Below are positions 1 through 13,620 of a stretch of 64,000 nucleotides of DNA, in pieces. The notes beneath the pieces are model-generated. The model was not told the DNA's origin. It worked only from the letters and a program-made list of their open reading frames with translations, and searched no databases. Origin of the DNA: Haliotis rufescens (lineage: Eukaryota); NCBI RefSeq assembly GCF_023055435.1, contig NW_025963857.1:23808001-23872000 (forward strand), read 5' to 3'. A program made the position numbers and the translations under genes. Positions within the stretch are counted from its first letter, which is position 1, and every line of letters begins with the position of its first letter.

Positions 1-3000
1 TTAAGTTGTGGTTGTTTTTAAATGTAGTAATGAAATCCCTTTGCATGTTATCATTAATAGTGAGTGAGTTGTTTAACGCCGCTTTGAACAGTATTCCAGT
101 CATATCACGGCGTGTCAGCTTCATGTGGGGGGAAAGCCCGAAGTGATGCAGGTCTTATCTTAAGATAACTAGACCTCATAAGAAACGATCTCCAGTTGGT
201 GCAATGAAGATGTTCCTTCATCTGGCGTGCCATAAATTAAAGAGTTCTTCAGTTTTGTTTTTGTTTGTTTGTTTGTTTTAATTGTTTGTTGTTAAACGCC
301 GCACTCAGCAATATTCCAGCTATATGACGACGGTCTGTAAATAATCGAGTCTGGACCAGACAATCAAGTGATTGGCATCATCCACGCAATTGGGATACGA
401 TGCCATGCATCAACCAAGTCAGCGAGCCTGACCACCCGATCCCGTTAGTCGCATCTGACGACAAGCATAGTCGCGCTACGATCGAGCCCAGGAATTCCAG
501 CCTAGTTCTGCAAGGGTGGAAACTGGACTTTCATAGTCAGTTAACTCTCTTGCCTCGGGAAGATGCGTCGGGGTACGGTGATATGAGATTAACCAAATCG
601 CCAAACCCGACCACTGGATCCATTAAATGTACAAGAAACATGTATGTTGCAGGGACCAACTCTGACCCGGAATTCCCATTTGGTTGTTCCTACCCGTGAA
701 GATCCGGGGTAGAATAGGTCTTCAGCAATCCATGCTTGCCGTACAATGCGACTATGCCTTTTGTCAGAGGCGACTAACGGGATCAGATGGTCAGGCTCGC
801 TGACTTGGTTGATGCATGTCATTGTATCCAAATTGCGTAGATCGATGCTTATGATATCAATCACTGTATTGCCTGGTCAAGCATCGATTATTTACAAACC
901 GCCGTCACATATCTGGAATATTGCTGAGTGCCGCGTAAACAACAAACAAACAAACACACGTTTGGTTGTTCCTATAATAACAACATATACTCACGTATCG
1001 TAGGAAAATGCGTAATGCCTGTCACACTGCCTTGAAATGTACACACACCAAGGAGAACACCCACGAAACAGATCCACGTTTCCATATCCTGTCAGTCAGC
1101 TTCGATACTAATCCTACACAATATCGTGACGATGAAATTTTGGCCAGGGAAGGAGATAGTGACGGGACACGGGTAAAGCTATGTGTGATACACATCACGC
1201 ATGTATGATATATACATTGTCTATCACCGTGATAAGATATCACCGTGGTGTGATGTCAGCGGGCCATTGATACGGAGCTGGTTTGACTATGGACGGTTCA
1301 GACTGCATTAACAACACTCCTATGCTGTTTAGTCAGAGCTATTATTTAACAAGGTCAGTGAACATGTGATCAGGATGTAATACGTTTAAATATAAACATG
1401 CGTTTTGACTACGAAGAGATGGATTCATGAATGGAGCTTCGTTATAAGTACAGTTTCACTTCCGCTCGAAATAGAGGTTGAAAGGCTGAATGAATCCTGA
1501 GTACGTCCGCGTATTTTACCAATCATGATGAGTGAGTCAGTGAGTTGGGCTAACGCCACTTTTAACATTATTCCAGTTATATCACGGCGTGTCAGCTTAA
1601 TGTGGGAGGAAAGCCCGAATAGATGCAGGTCTCAGACGTTTACCACTTCGGTGAAACCCACGAGCTGGTGCTGACAAACCTAGAAACATAATCGGGGCGA
1701 ACCGGGATTCGAACCCACAATCATAGGTTTCTGGCGTGTTCAAGGGACGCAACTCTGCACAGCGAATCGCGGCGCCTTAGACGACTCCAAATCATGATGA
1801 GTGAGTGAGTATGGTTTTACGCCGCTTTCAGCAATATTCCAGCAATATCATGACCGGGTACAGCAGAAATGGGCTTCACACATTGTGCGCATTGCGGGAA
1901 TCGAACCCGGGTCTTCGGCGTGACGAGCGAACGCTTTAACCACTAGGCTACCCCACCTCCCCAAAACATGATGAGCTTGGAATAATTAATTTAACCGCAT
2001 TCTTTACAGTGTTTGTTTCTTGGTTGTTTAACACCGCACTCAGCAATATTGTACTTGCCGTAAAAGGCGACTATGCTTGTCGCAAGAGGCGACTAACGGG
2101 ATCGGGTGGTCAGGCTCGCTGACTTGGTTGATGCATGTCATCGATCCCGCATGCGTTGAGCGATGCTCATGATATCAATCACTTGAGTGTCTGTTCCAGA
2201 CTTGATTATTTACATACCGCCGTCACATAGCTGGAATATTTCTGAGTGCGGCGTTAAACAACAAACAAACAAACAAATTTAGTCATATGACGGCGGCAGG
2301 TAAATAATCTGGACCAGACAATCCAGTGATTGATGTTAGGAGCATTGATCCCGATGTTAGAGTACGATGGCATGCAATCATACAAGTCACTGAACCTGAC
2401 CAACCGATCAACAAAGTCGCCTCGGACGACAAGTATGGGTTGAAGGGGACCTATTCTAACCCGAATCCCAAGGATTTTTGTATAGTGGAACCTCGTTTAT
2501 CCGGATGACCTTGTATCTGGAGACCGACTTCAGAGTGGATGCTGGTGGCAAGACTGTAAATTACTCGCCATTGCATCTGATTAAATTAGCCAGCAATCTC
2601 ATTAACATCATATCTTAGTGCTCGCTACCGCTGAAAGTTACGTTTAGCAGTTGTGAAAACTAGATTCTGATTTTAATAAGAATGGATTAACTGGAAATCA
2701 TTACGTCATAATGCATGATGTGACGTTTATCGTCGATCCCGTGACGGTAAAATGCAAATTACACAGGGAAAGTCTACGCACAGCTGTTAAGCTTGTAACA
2801 CATACAAGGTTAAATAGGGTTTAACGTCGCATTCAAGATTATTGCACTTACATGTATATAGCGACGTACATGCACGTGTGTGTGTGCGCGCGTGCGTGCG
2901 TGTGTGTGTGGCTGCCTGTACTAGTCCGGACTAAGGCCGATTTATAGTGCTAGCCAGCTGAGATACCATGCCGCAGTTTAACATGAATACCCCACTCAGA

Positions 3001-3961
3001 CACAGTATACTGACCAGTCCTTGTTTTAATCCCATAATGCCCAGCGCCATGGTAACAACCCGACCTTCCGCTCTCCAGGCGGACGCTCTGCCACTAGACA
3101 ACGGAGGCGTTAGTAACAAATACAAATCCCCGTACGACATATTTTATTCACATTAAAACAGCACAAATATCTCTTGGCACGTTATGAACTTACTTATTAT
3201 GAAGAACGATTACATGCACGCTGATGCATAATTCTTACAGACAGTTGGACGCTGACCATTGGGTTTTTACTGGGGGAAGGATGTGAAGAGCTGATATTTT
3301 TTTAAAGGAATAATTCTTCACAAAAATGTTCACTGAATGGTCACATTAACAACAAATATTGTTTTAAATATGTGTCGAACAAACATCCTACTTCAAACTG
3401 ACACAAACCTATATCATTATCGATATTCAAATTATGTTGAGTGTAATTGAAATATTATTGTCAAGTGTTCAGGAAATAATATCCCTCTCGTTGGCGCACT
3501 TTTAAACTGTCATGACACGAGTTCAGAGACTATTGTTTAACGCCACATTCAGCAAATATTCAAGCTCTCTAAATAATAGGGGTCTGGAATATTGCTGAAT
3601 GTGGCGTTAAACAACAGTTCCACCTCTCTAAATAATCCAGGCGACTATGCATGTCGTAAAAGGCGACTATGCTTGGCGTAAGAGGCGACTAACGGGATCG
3701 GATGGTCAGGCTCGCTGACTTGGTTGATGCATGTCATCGATCCCATCGATGTCAATCACTGGATTGTCTGGTCCAGACTCGATTATTTACAGACCGTCGT
3801 CATAAAGGTAGAATATTGCGGCGTTAAACAACACACAAACAAACTCTAAATAATCGGCAAGCCAGTGATTGATACAACTGCAGCATGCAAACTATCAATA
3901 ATATCGATTATAAAGAATCAGCATGATCATCCACTGTGGAAACATGATCCCCATTAAGTCT

Positions 3962-6900
3962 TTATTGAATCTGCGCGTACAACCGCTGTGCTCTCCTTTT
4001 TTTGATGACGACAATGATGCTCGTCACGGTGACGACACAAAGTATGCCCCCAATAGAGATAATGAGAATCTCCAAAATGCTTAGACGACACGCAGTAGTT
4101 TCATCGGAGTTGTCCCCACAGTCGTCGTAATTGTTACAGATGACGTCGCTGGAAACACAGTTGTCGTTGCTGCAGTGGTACTCATGGTGACCGCAAGAAC
4201 CTGAAGTGTAACATCGAGTAACATTGTGTAACATAGCGTAACATTTGACGGTCAATACAATATAAAAGTAGATCGTATATGTGTGGTTATCAAATCCTTC
4301 GTATAAGGGGGCACGGGTGGCCCAGTCGTCTAAGGCGCCGCGATTCGCTGTGCAGAGTTGCGTCCCTTGGGCACGCCAGAAACCTATGATTGTGGGTTCG
4401 AATCCCTGTTCACCCCGATTATGTTTCTAGGTTTGTCAGCACCATACCCGTGCTCGTGGGTTTCACCGAAGTGGTAAACGCCTAAGACCTGCATCACTCC
4501 GGGCTTTCCTCCCACATTAAGCTGACACGCCGCGATATGACTGGAATACTGTTAAAAGCGGCGTTAAACCCAACTCACTCACTCACTCACTCACTCACTC
4601 ACTCACTCATAAACATAGATGTTCAGGGGGCACATATGGCCCAGTCTTCCCAGCTGTGCAGAGTTGCGTCCCTTTGGTACATCAGAAACCTATGATTGTG
4701 GGTTCGAATCCCGGTTCGCCCCGATCATGTGTCTAGGTTTTTCAGCACCATACCCGTGCTCGAAGGTTTCACCAAAGTCGTAAACGTCAGAGATCAGACC
4801 TGCATCACTTGGGGCTTTCCTCCCATATCAAGCTGACAGGTGATATAATTGGAATACTGTTCAAAGCGATGTTAAACCCAACTCACTCACTCGCTCATAT
4901 ATATTTTTTTGATTGCACCCACTGAAATGTAAATTCTAAACATCACCGCCTGAAGAAGAATAAGTCGCAATTATCTGCAGAATCCATGGGCGTGAAAGCG
5001 AAAACAGTGTTAACGTTATATAAATAGATAACTGAAATCAGATATCACACCAGCCGTTCGTAAACACAATGCTAATCTATGAAGCATGTGAAAAGTTCGG
5101 TTGTATGAAAAAGCAACTACCTTACGTATGATAAAACACGTGCGAAAACTTGTTTTCAATTTAATAGGGCATGGGCATGTTGAACTTTTGGTAGCATATC
5201 TAAAGGTTCTAAATTATTGTGTACGAGTAATTTAAGAAGCAATTGTGGTCTGACATTTTTTCGTCTAAATGAATAAAACAGCGACAGTGAATTAATTTGT
5301 AGTATTATTCTAATTGTTCAGAGATAATTTGACTGGAAAATAATAATAAGTAGAAGATTGATCTTATGCCATCCGCAGTGAGTGAGTATAGTTTAACGCC
5401 GCTTTTTGCAATATTCCAGCAATATCAAGGCGGGGGACACCAGAAATGGGTGAGTGAGTGAGTATGGTTTTACGCCGCTTTTAGCAATATTCCAGCAATG
5501 TTACGGCGGGGGACACCAGAAATGGCCTTCACACATTGTACCCATGTGGGGAATTGAACCGGGGTGTTCGGTGTGATGAGCGAATACTTTAACCACTAGG
5601 CTACCCCACTGCCCTTTGCTATCCATAGCATATCATAACAATATGCATAATTGAATACCTAAAGAAAATTAAGTACTTTAATTTAAATATCTCAAACTAA
5701 AAATAACTAGAGATTTATTCTGGCATCAGGACTTCTGAATAACCAGGTTTCATTGAATTACAGTATGAATAGTCCAATACCTAACGAAGGGGGGGGGGGA
5801 GGAAGCAGTTGTCAGTGAGTGAGTGAACGATTATGGTTTTCGCCGCCTTGAACAATATTCTAGCAATAGCACGACCGGGGACACCAGAAATGGGCTTCAA
5901 ACATTGTCCCTTTATGGTGAATTGAACCCGGGCATTCGGCGTGACGAGCGTACGCTTCAACCACTAAGCTACCCCATCTACCAGTTATGAATGAAGGCAG
6001 CATGTTTTTACCATCCTTAGCGAGTCTGAATGAAGATATGAGAAACTTGAACCCCCCGGGCTCCGTCACACCCTCGTCCTTGTGGTACTCCCACCAGGAG
6101 TAGACCCCGGAGGTGTTCAGCGTGGGTCGGGACAGGTGCTCGCCACATATCCACGGAGGTTCTGGAATGGAGTATTACTGAAAGAATGATATCTAACGCC
6201 GTTGACAGCTAAGTCCAAGCTATATCATGACGGTTTATAAATAATCTAGTTTGGACCAGGCTGGTTGACGGCATGAGCATCGATCGACTNNNNNNNNNNN
6301 NNNNNNNNNNNNNNNNNNNNNNNNNNNNNNNNNNNNNNNNNNNNNNNNNNNNNNNNNNNNNNNNNNNNNNNNNNNNNNNNNNNNNNNNNNNNNNNNNNNN
6401 NNNNNNNNNNNNNNNNNNNNNNNNNNNNNNNNNNNNNNNNNNNNNNNNNNNNNNNNNNNNNNNNNNNNNNNNNNNNNNNNNNNNNNNNAGTATAGTTTTA
6501 CGCCGCTTTTAGCAATATTCCAGCAATATCACAGCGGGGACACCAGAAATGGGCTTCACACATTGTACCCATGTCGGGAATCGAACCCGGGTCTTCGGCG
6601 TGACGAGCGAACGCTTTAACCACTAGGCTACCCGACCGCCCGACAAGAGCAACTGGTCAAGCGTTGTGGCCACCCGTTCCTCAGAGTTGTCTGAGGACTG
6701 TGAATTTGTATATTCTGTCCTATAATCCCAACGGGGAGTTCATTGAATATGTTTGACATGTGAAGATGGCTACAAAATAAAATATTGGAAACGATCTGTC
6801 TTAGGAAGTCGTCTGTCATTTCCGAAATCTGGCGCTTAGATGTCCGGAAGTTGACGTCATCAGTTTCTGTGGTACACGTCATAAAACTGCTCACGCTCTA

Positions 6901-9900
6901 TTTACATAATTTTAATTCTATTCTATAACTTCTGAGAATACAAAAAAGTTGCTATGAACTCCAGTACTATATCTGCCACGTTCTTCATGTTCAATGTTAA
7001 TGGTTATTTACAGTTCTTTAAAAAATAGTGATATATACATGTATGCTTAATCCAAGTCAATCCATGAATTATATACATGATTAGTTGTGCAATGGCGGAC
7101 ATGGTTTCGCGAGCTAGGGGCCAACCATTTGTTATTTGGTAAAATAAATGAACTAATCATTTTGTCAAAGTACATTGTTTATAGATATACACGTTTTAAT
7201 ACATCGCCTTAATTCAACCAAAATTACAACTCGACCAAATACGCTGCATCCTTATATATGCTAACACGAAGTTATTTATTATTTTTTTGTCAAATTGTCA
7301 TTCATTGTTTAGTTGATAACTGTTTAGTTACTATGTAGCTTGTATGCATAACAACATCTGTTATTAGTTATAGATGTATTGACATTGTAATATGCAACGG
7401 GAATTTCTTTTTTTAAATAAAATATAAATAATGGTGAAGATAGATTTCACCACTTACAATCAAGTCTACACTATAATGGAGAAGATATATATGTGCACTT
7501 ACCATGAAGTCTACACTATAATGGAGAAGATATATATGTGCACTTACCATAAAGTCTACACTATAATGGAGAAGAAATATATGTGCACTTACCATAAAGT
7601 CTACACTATAATGGAAAAGATATATATGTGCACTTACCATGAAGTCTACACTATAATGGAGAAGATATATATGTGCACTTACCATGAAGTCTACACTATA
7701 ATGGAGAAGATATATATGTGCACTTACCATAAAGTCTACACTATAATGGAGAAGATATATATGTGCACTTACCATAAAGTCTACACTATGATGGAAAAGA
7801 TATATATGTGCACTTACCATAAAGTCTACATTATAATGGAGAAGAAATAAAAGTGCACTTACCATGAAGTCTACACTATAATGGAGAAGATATATGTCTG
7901 CACTTACCATAAAGTCTACATTATAATGGAGAAGATATTTATGTGCACTTGCCATAAAGTCTACACTATAATGGAGAAGATATATATGTGCACTTACCAT
8001 AAAGTCTACACTATAATGGAGAAGAAATATATGTGCACTTACCATAAAGTCTACAATATAATGGAAAAGATATATATGTGCACTTACCATAAAGTCTACA
8101 CTATAATGGAGAAGAAATATATGTGCACTTACCATAAAGTCTACACTATAATGGAGAAGATATATGTGTGCACCTACCATAAAGTCTACACTATGATGGA
8201 AAAGATATATATGTGCACTTACCATAAAGTCTACACTATAATGGAGAAGAAATATGTGTGCACTTACCATAAAGTCTACACTATAATGGAGAAGATATAT
8301 ATGTGCACTTACCATAAAGTCTACATTATAATGGAGAAGAAATAAAAGTGCACTTACCATAAAGTCTACACTATAATGGAAAAGATATATATGTGCACTT
8401 ACCATAAAGTCTACACTATAATGGAGAAGAAATATGTGTGCACTTACCATAAAGTCTACACTACAATGGAGAAGATATATGTGTGCACCTACCATAAAGT
8501 CTACACTATAATGGAGAAGATATATGTGTGCACCTACCATAAAGTCTACACTATAATGGAAAAGATATATATGTGCACTTACCATAAAGTCTACACTATA
8601 ATGGAGAAGATATATGTGTGCACTTACCATAAAGTCTACACTATAATGGAGAAGATATATATGTGCACTTACCACGAAGTCTACACTATAATGGAGAAGA
8701 AATATATGTGCACTTACCATGAAGTCTACACTATAATGGAGAAGAAATATATGTGCACTTACCATCAAATCTATAATACTATAATGGAGAAGATATATAT
8801 GTGCACTTACCATCAAATCTACACTATAATGGAGAAGAAATATTTCACCACTTACCATAAAGTCTACACTATAATGGAGAAGAAATATATGTGCACTTAC
8901 CATAAAGTCTACACTATAATGGAGAAGATGTTTTTCTGCACTTACCGTTGAGCGGTTTCGCGTCTGAGTTGAGTATGATCAGTGAGGTCTCGTTACAGAG
9001 GTCACTTGTCGTTATATTGATGCTGAGCGGAGTTATGAGGAGTCGCTGTGTCAACTCCTTCGTCATAACGACAACTCTACAAAACATCTCTGTCGAATCC
9101 GTCTCTGTACCGTTGTCTGTGAATTCTAGCAGCATGTCTTTCGTGAAGTCTATAGTGGTGCCACATTCCTGGTCGAAATAATCTGGAAGAAATAATATTT
9201 AAAGCAATAACAAACGTATTAATGAATTCTATCGTGATTAATATGAGCAATAAGGAGAAGCAGTACTAGATTATTCTGTTCAACGTTATTTGTAGTTTAA
9301 CACGTTTAGCGTTAAGGTTCCAACAACGTCCCACGTCATCGGAGTACAATGGCACGCTGTTAACCAAATCATCCATTCTATATCTATTTCTAAAGCTTGA
9401 TTTCGGTCAAGCATTTGTGAGTGAGTGAATGAGTGAGTGAGTTTAAAGCCGCGTTTAACAGTATTCCAGCTGTGTATTCCGGCGTATCAACTTAATGTGT
9501 GAGGAAAGCCCGAAGTAATGCAGGTCTCAGACGTTTACCACTTTGCTGCAATAAGTCCTCTTCACTGTCAACTATACGTTAACTGTCAACAAGTTGTCAG
9601 CGCATTAAAGCCAATCATATAAGCCAAGCATAGATCAGAGCATAGAGCTCTTCTATGTCCAAAGGTGGGAAAATGTTCACTTCTTTCAAACATCCACCAA
9701 CTAGAGGCAGATGAATGGATAATTCTGATGTAATAATCATCTACTTGACAGTAGATCTCAGATCCCTTGTAGTTCCAATATTAACAAATGTTTCCCAAAC
9801 ATATTATGTAAAACTTCCTATTGCATCACCTCAAGAGGAATTGAAAGCTACAATCATGAAGATATACAAACATGTGGTACCTTCACTCACTTTACCGTTA

Positions 9901-10870
9901 TCTTTGATGTTACACATGTTAATGTCGTCACTATATGTTATAAAACGATCTCTCAGACCGTAACACGTAAAATCTGCTGAAAACGAACGATATCATGGAA
10001 TAGCAATAATAGTTTGGCCATAAAGTTGGTTACAACGCCGCTTTGAGTTGTTTGTTTGTTTGTTTGTTTGTTTGTTTGTTGTTAAACATCGCACTTTTCA
10101 TTAATCCAGCTTTATGACGGCGGTCAGTAAATAATCGAGTCTGGGCCAGACAATCCAGTGATTAACAACACAAGCATCTTTCCATGCAATTGTGGCACGA
10201 TGGCATGCATCAACCAAGTCAGCGAACCTGACCACCCGATCCCGTTAGTCGCCTCTTACGCCAAGCATGAGTTGCTGAAGACGTGTTCTTCCCGGGTACT
10301 ATAGGTAGAGACATTGCACAAAATCGTGGTATTGACGTAACATGATTGGCGAGAATCAGCCAAGAGGTCAGCGAGGCTGATCACCCAATCCCGTTAGTCG
10401 CCTCTTACGACAAGCATAGTCGCCTTTTACGGCAAGCATGGGCTGCTGAAGATCTCTTCCGACCCAGATCATCTTTGAACAGTATTCCAGTTACATCACG
10501 ACGTGTCAGCATATTGTGCAACTGAGCCCGAAGTGATGCAGGTTTCAGACTTGTATGACTTTGGTGAAACTCCCAAGTTTGGGTATGGTGCTTACAAGTC
10601 TAATAACATACGCAGGAACAATTTGGGATTCGAACCCCCGATCACCGGTCTCTGGCACAAGAAAGGTCCGTAACTCTGTACAGTTAATTGCGACGCCTTA
10701 GACGACTAGACCACACCTGAAATCACTTGAAACTGACAGCGCATTACAATCCGATATTGTCCTGTCTTAATAAACCAAATGTCATACTCACAGGTCGTTG
10801 GTGTGTAAGTACATCTTCCTAAATTATATAATGCAATGTAACTAAATAGCATGAAGATCCTAGCAGCCAT
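3962..10870 (-). CDS. Cluster gene 1: signal peptide + CUB-like + LDLa + TM + YAQI tail, 234 aa; exons 10870-10792, 9182-8946, 6161-6012, 4200-3962
   Basis: GT/AG boundaries read manually, all phase 1, 705 nt in frame. Exon 1 MAARIFMLFSYIALYNLGRC; exon 2 YFDQECGTTIDF..FCRVVV..QRLLITPLSINI..LCNETSLII; exon 3 PWICGEHL..FKFLISSF; exon 4 CGHHEYHCSNDNCVSSDVICNNYDDCGDNSDE followed by a hydrophobic helix and KKRR. Confidence 0.85.
6290..6488. other. Assembly gap (N run) in gene 1 intron 2
   Basis: Run of n bases. Confidence 1.
7430..8945 (-). repeat. 45-bp minisatellite (~33 units) starting at the gene 1 exon 2 splice donor
   Basis: Minus-strand unit ATGGTAAGTGCACATATATATCTTCTCCATTATAGTGTAGACTTT. 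Confidence 0.95.
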
Positions 10871-11019
10871 GTTGTCGAGACAGTATTCAGTATTTCCTCT
10901 TCATGTTGGTCAAGTTTCTCCCCAGGTCAAACTAGGAACGTTATCGCTACACGTGACGGTGATAAGTTGTCGCAATGGCGGGCAGTTGATGCTACGTCTA
11001 CCTCATTATCTATTGTAGT

Positions 11020-11570
11020 CTATACCTGTTTACACACAACCGATTCGACTTCAACATGCATAATTGCCCCATGTGATTATAGACCTGTTTACACATAACT
11101 GATTCGACATTAATACGCTTAATTGCTCGATAAGATAGTATACCTTTTTACACATACGATTCGACATTAACATGCATAATTGCCCTGTGTGAATGTAGGC
11201 CTGTTTACACATAACCGATTCGACGTCAATATGATTAATTGCACGATATGATAGTAGACCTGTTTGCACATAACCGATTCGACTTTAACATGCATAATTG
11301 CCCCATGTGATTATAGGCCTGTTTACACATAACCGATTCGACGTCAATATGATTAATTGCACGATGTAATAGTGGACCTGTTTACACGTAACCGATTCGA
11401 CTTTAATAATCTTAATTGCGCGATGTGATCGTAGACCTGTTTGCACATAACCGTTTCGACGTGAATATACTTAACTTACCAATAGTGGACATGTTTACAC
11501 ATAAACGATTCGACTTTCCATTGCTTGATACACGAAATAATGGCAGCCGATTTTCAACATAAACGATTCG
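11020..11570. repeat. ~59-bp minisatellite (~9 units) just upstream of the gene 1 ATG
   Basis: Unit ACCTGTTTACACATAACCGATTCGACTTTAACATGCATAATTGCCCCATGTGATTATAG, recurring at 11024, 11083 and onward with alternating variants. Confidence 0.9.
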
Positions 11571-12749
11571 ATTTTAATTGGCTTGATACCTGATGACAGC
11601 CAGCAAAATATATGCAACAGGACATAAATTTCTGTATCCAACGAAACCCTTGCCCAATGGAAAGGTCAAATTCTAAAACGGATACCTTTGAGGTTTGAAT
11701 TTTCTCTAAAATAATTGGACATATAGGGTTATACGTGGCTCAGAAATTTGCGTCCAAAACGCACAAAAGTATAGAATGAACGCAGAAAAGAATATATAGT
11801 GCATCCCGAAAGACGTAAATTAATACTCATTGTTGCAAAATTCTTGGCAAGAAACATAAAAATCCTGTAATTACAGTAATTATAAAATCTTTCAGTACAA
11901 TACATCATTTCATTGCTTTACAGGACCCAGATATTTCCTGTAAGTACTCTTGAAATTAGTAATCATGAAATAAAACGTTCAAGAGAAAATTCTGTATAGC
12001 TATGACCCGTGAAGATTCGAGTTAGAATAGGTCTTCAGCAACCCATGCTTGCCGTAACAGGCGACTATGCTTGTCGTAAAAGGCGACTCACGGGATCGGG
12101 TGGTCAGGCTCGCTGACTTGGTTGATGCATGGCATCGTATCCAAATTGCGTGGATCGATGTTCATGATGTTAATCACTGGATTGTCTGGTCCAGACTCGA
12201 TTATTTACAGACTGCCGTCATACATCTGGAATATTGCTGTGTGCGGCGTAAAACAACAAACCAAACCAAACCAAATCTGTATAGCTATAAGTTCGTGACC
12301 CAATATGCTGTATTAACACGTGACTCTACTGTGATTACCTCTTCAGCAACCCAAGCTTGCCATAAAAGGCGACTGTGCTTAGCGTAATAGGCGACTAATG
12401 GTATCGGGTGTTCAGGCTCGCTGACTTGGTTGATGCATTTCATCGTAACCCAATTGCCTTAGATCGATGCTCATGATGTCAATCACTGGTCCAACCTCGA
12501 TTATTTACAGACCGCCGTCATTTAGCTGGAATATTGCTAAGTGTGGCGTTAAACAACAAACAAACAAGCAAAAATTGTGATTACCTACACCTCATAAGAA
12601 CATCAAAATGGACAAATATTTGGTTTCGTTCATGTGGTGTTTGAAACATTGTAAACAAAGCATTGGTTTATTTCCCCACATACGTACAATGTGTGAAGCC
12701 AGTTCTTGGTGGCCCTGTACTGTTGTATTGTTGACGGTGTCATAAGCCT

Positions 12750-13620
12750 CACTCACTCACTCAAATACCACTCACTCAAACAGTCACTCAAACACCACTC
12801 ACAATCAATCAACACTCACTCAAACATTACTTCATACATTCTCTCAACACCCGAAATACTCAACCACGTACTCAACCGCCAACTAATCGCTCACTCAACC
12901 ACCCGCTCAACCATTCACTCAACCACTCTCAACCCCTCACTCAAATACTACTCATTCACTCAAACACTCATTAAATCACCACTCACTCACTCAAACACTC
13001 ATTCAATCACCACTCAGTCACTCAAACACTCAAACATTACCTCATACAACCGAACTATTCAACCACGCACTCAACCACCCGCTCAACCATTCACTCAATC
13101 ACTCTCAACCCCTCACTCAATTACTACTCGTTCACTCAAACACCCACTCAAATACCACTCATTCAAATACACTCACTCAATCACCATTCACTCACACAAC
13201 ACTCACTCAAACACTCACTCAAACACTCACTCAATCAATCACTCAAACACTCACTAAAACACTAACTCAAACACTCACTCAAACTCTCACTCAATCATCA
13301 CCACTCACCCAAACAGTCACTCAAACACCACTCACAAACACTCAAACATTACCTCATACACTCTCACATCAACCGAAATACTCAACCACGCACTCAACCG
13401 CTCAACTAATCGCTCACTCAACCGACCTCTCAAGTATTCACTCAATCACTCTCAACCCCTCACTAACACACTCACACACTCACTCAATCAACACTCACTC
13501 AACACTCACTCATCTACCCTCTCAACGATTCACTCAATCACTCTCAACCCCTCACTCACTCACACACTCACACACTCACTCAATCACCACTCACTTAACA
13601 CTCACTCTACACAGTCACAC
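12750..13620 (+). repeat. Degenerate (CACT)n/CACTCAA low-complexity expansion grown from a SINE tail
   Basis: Follows a decayed family-B SINE at ~12660-12750; contains internal higher-order duplications. Confidence 0.85.

Noticed and set aside
7413-8951. 496-aa and other long ORFs (MVSAHIYLLHYSVDF repeats)
   Set aside because: By-product of a stop-free 45-bp minisatellite in an intron; not in frame with gene 1 exon 2.
12706-13257. 183-aa His/Ser/Thr-rich ORF
   Set aside because: Translation of a (CACT)n-derived SINE-tail expansion.
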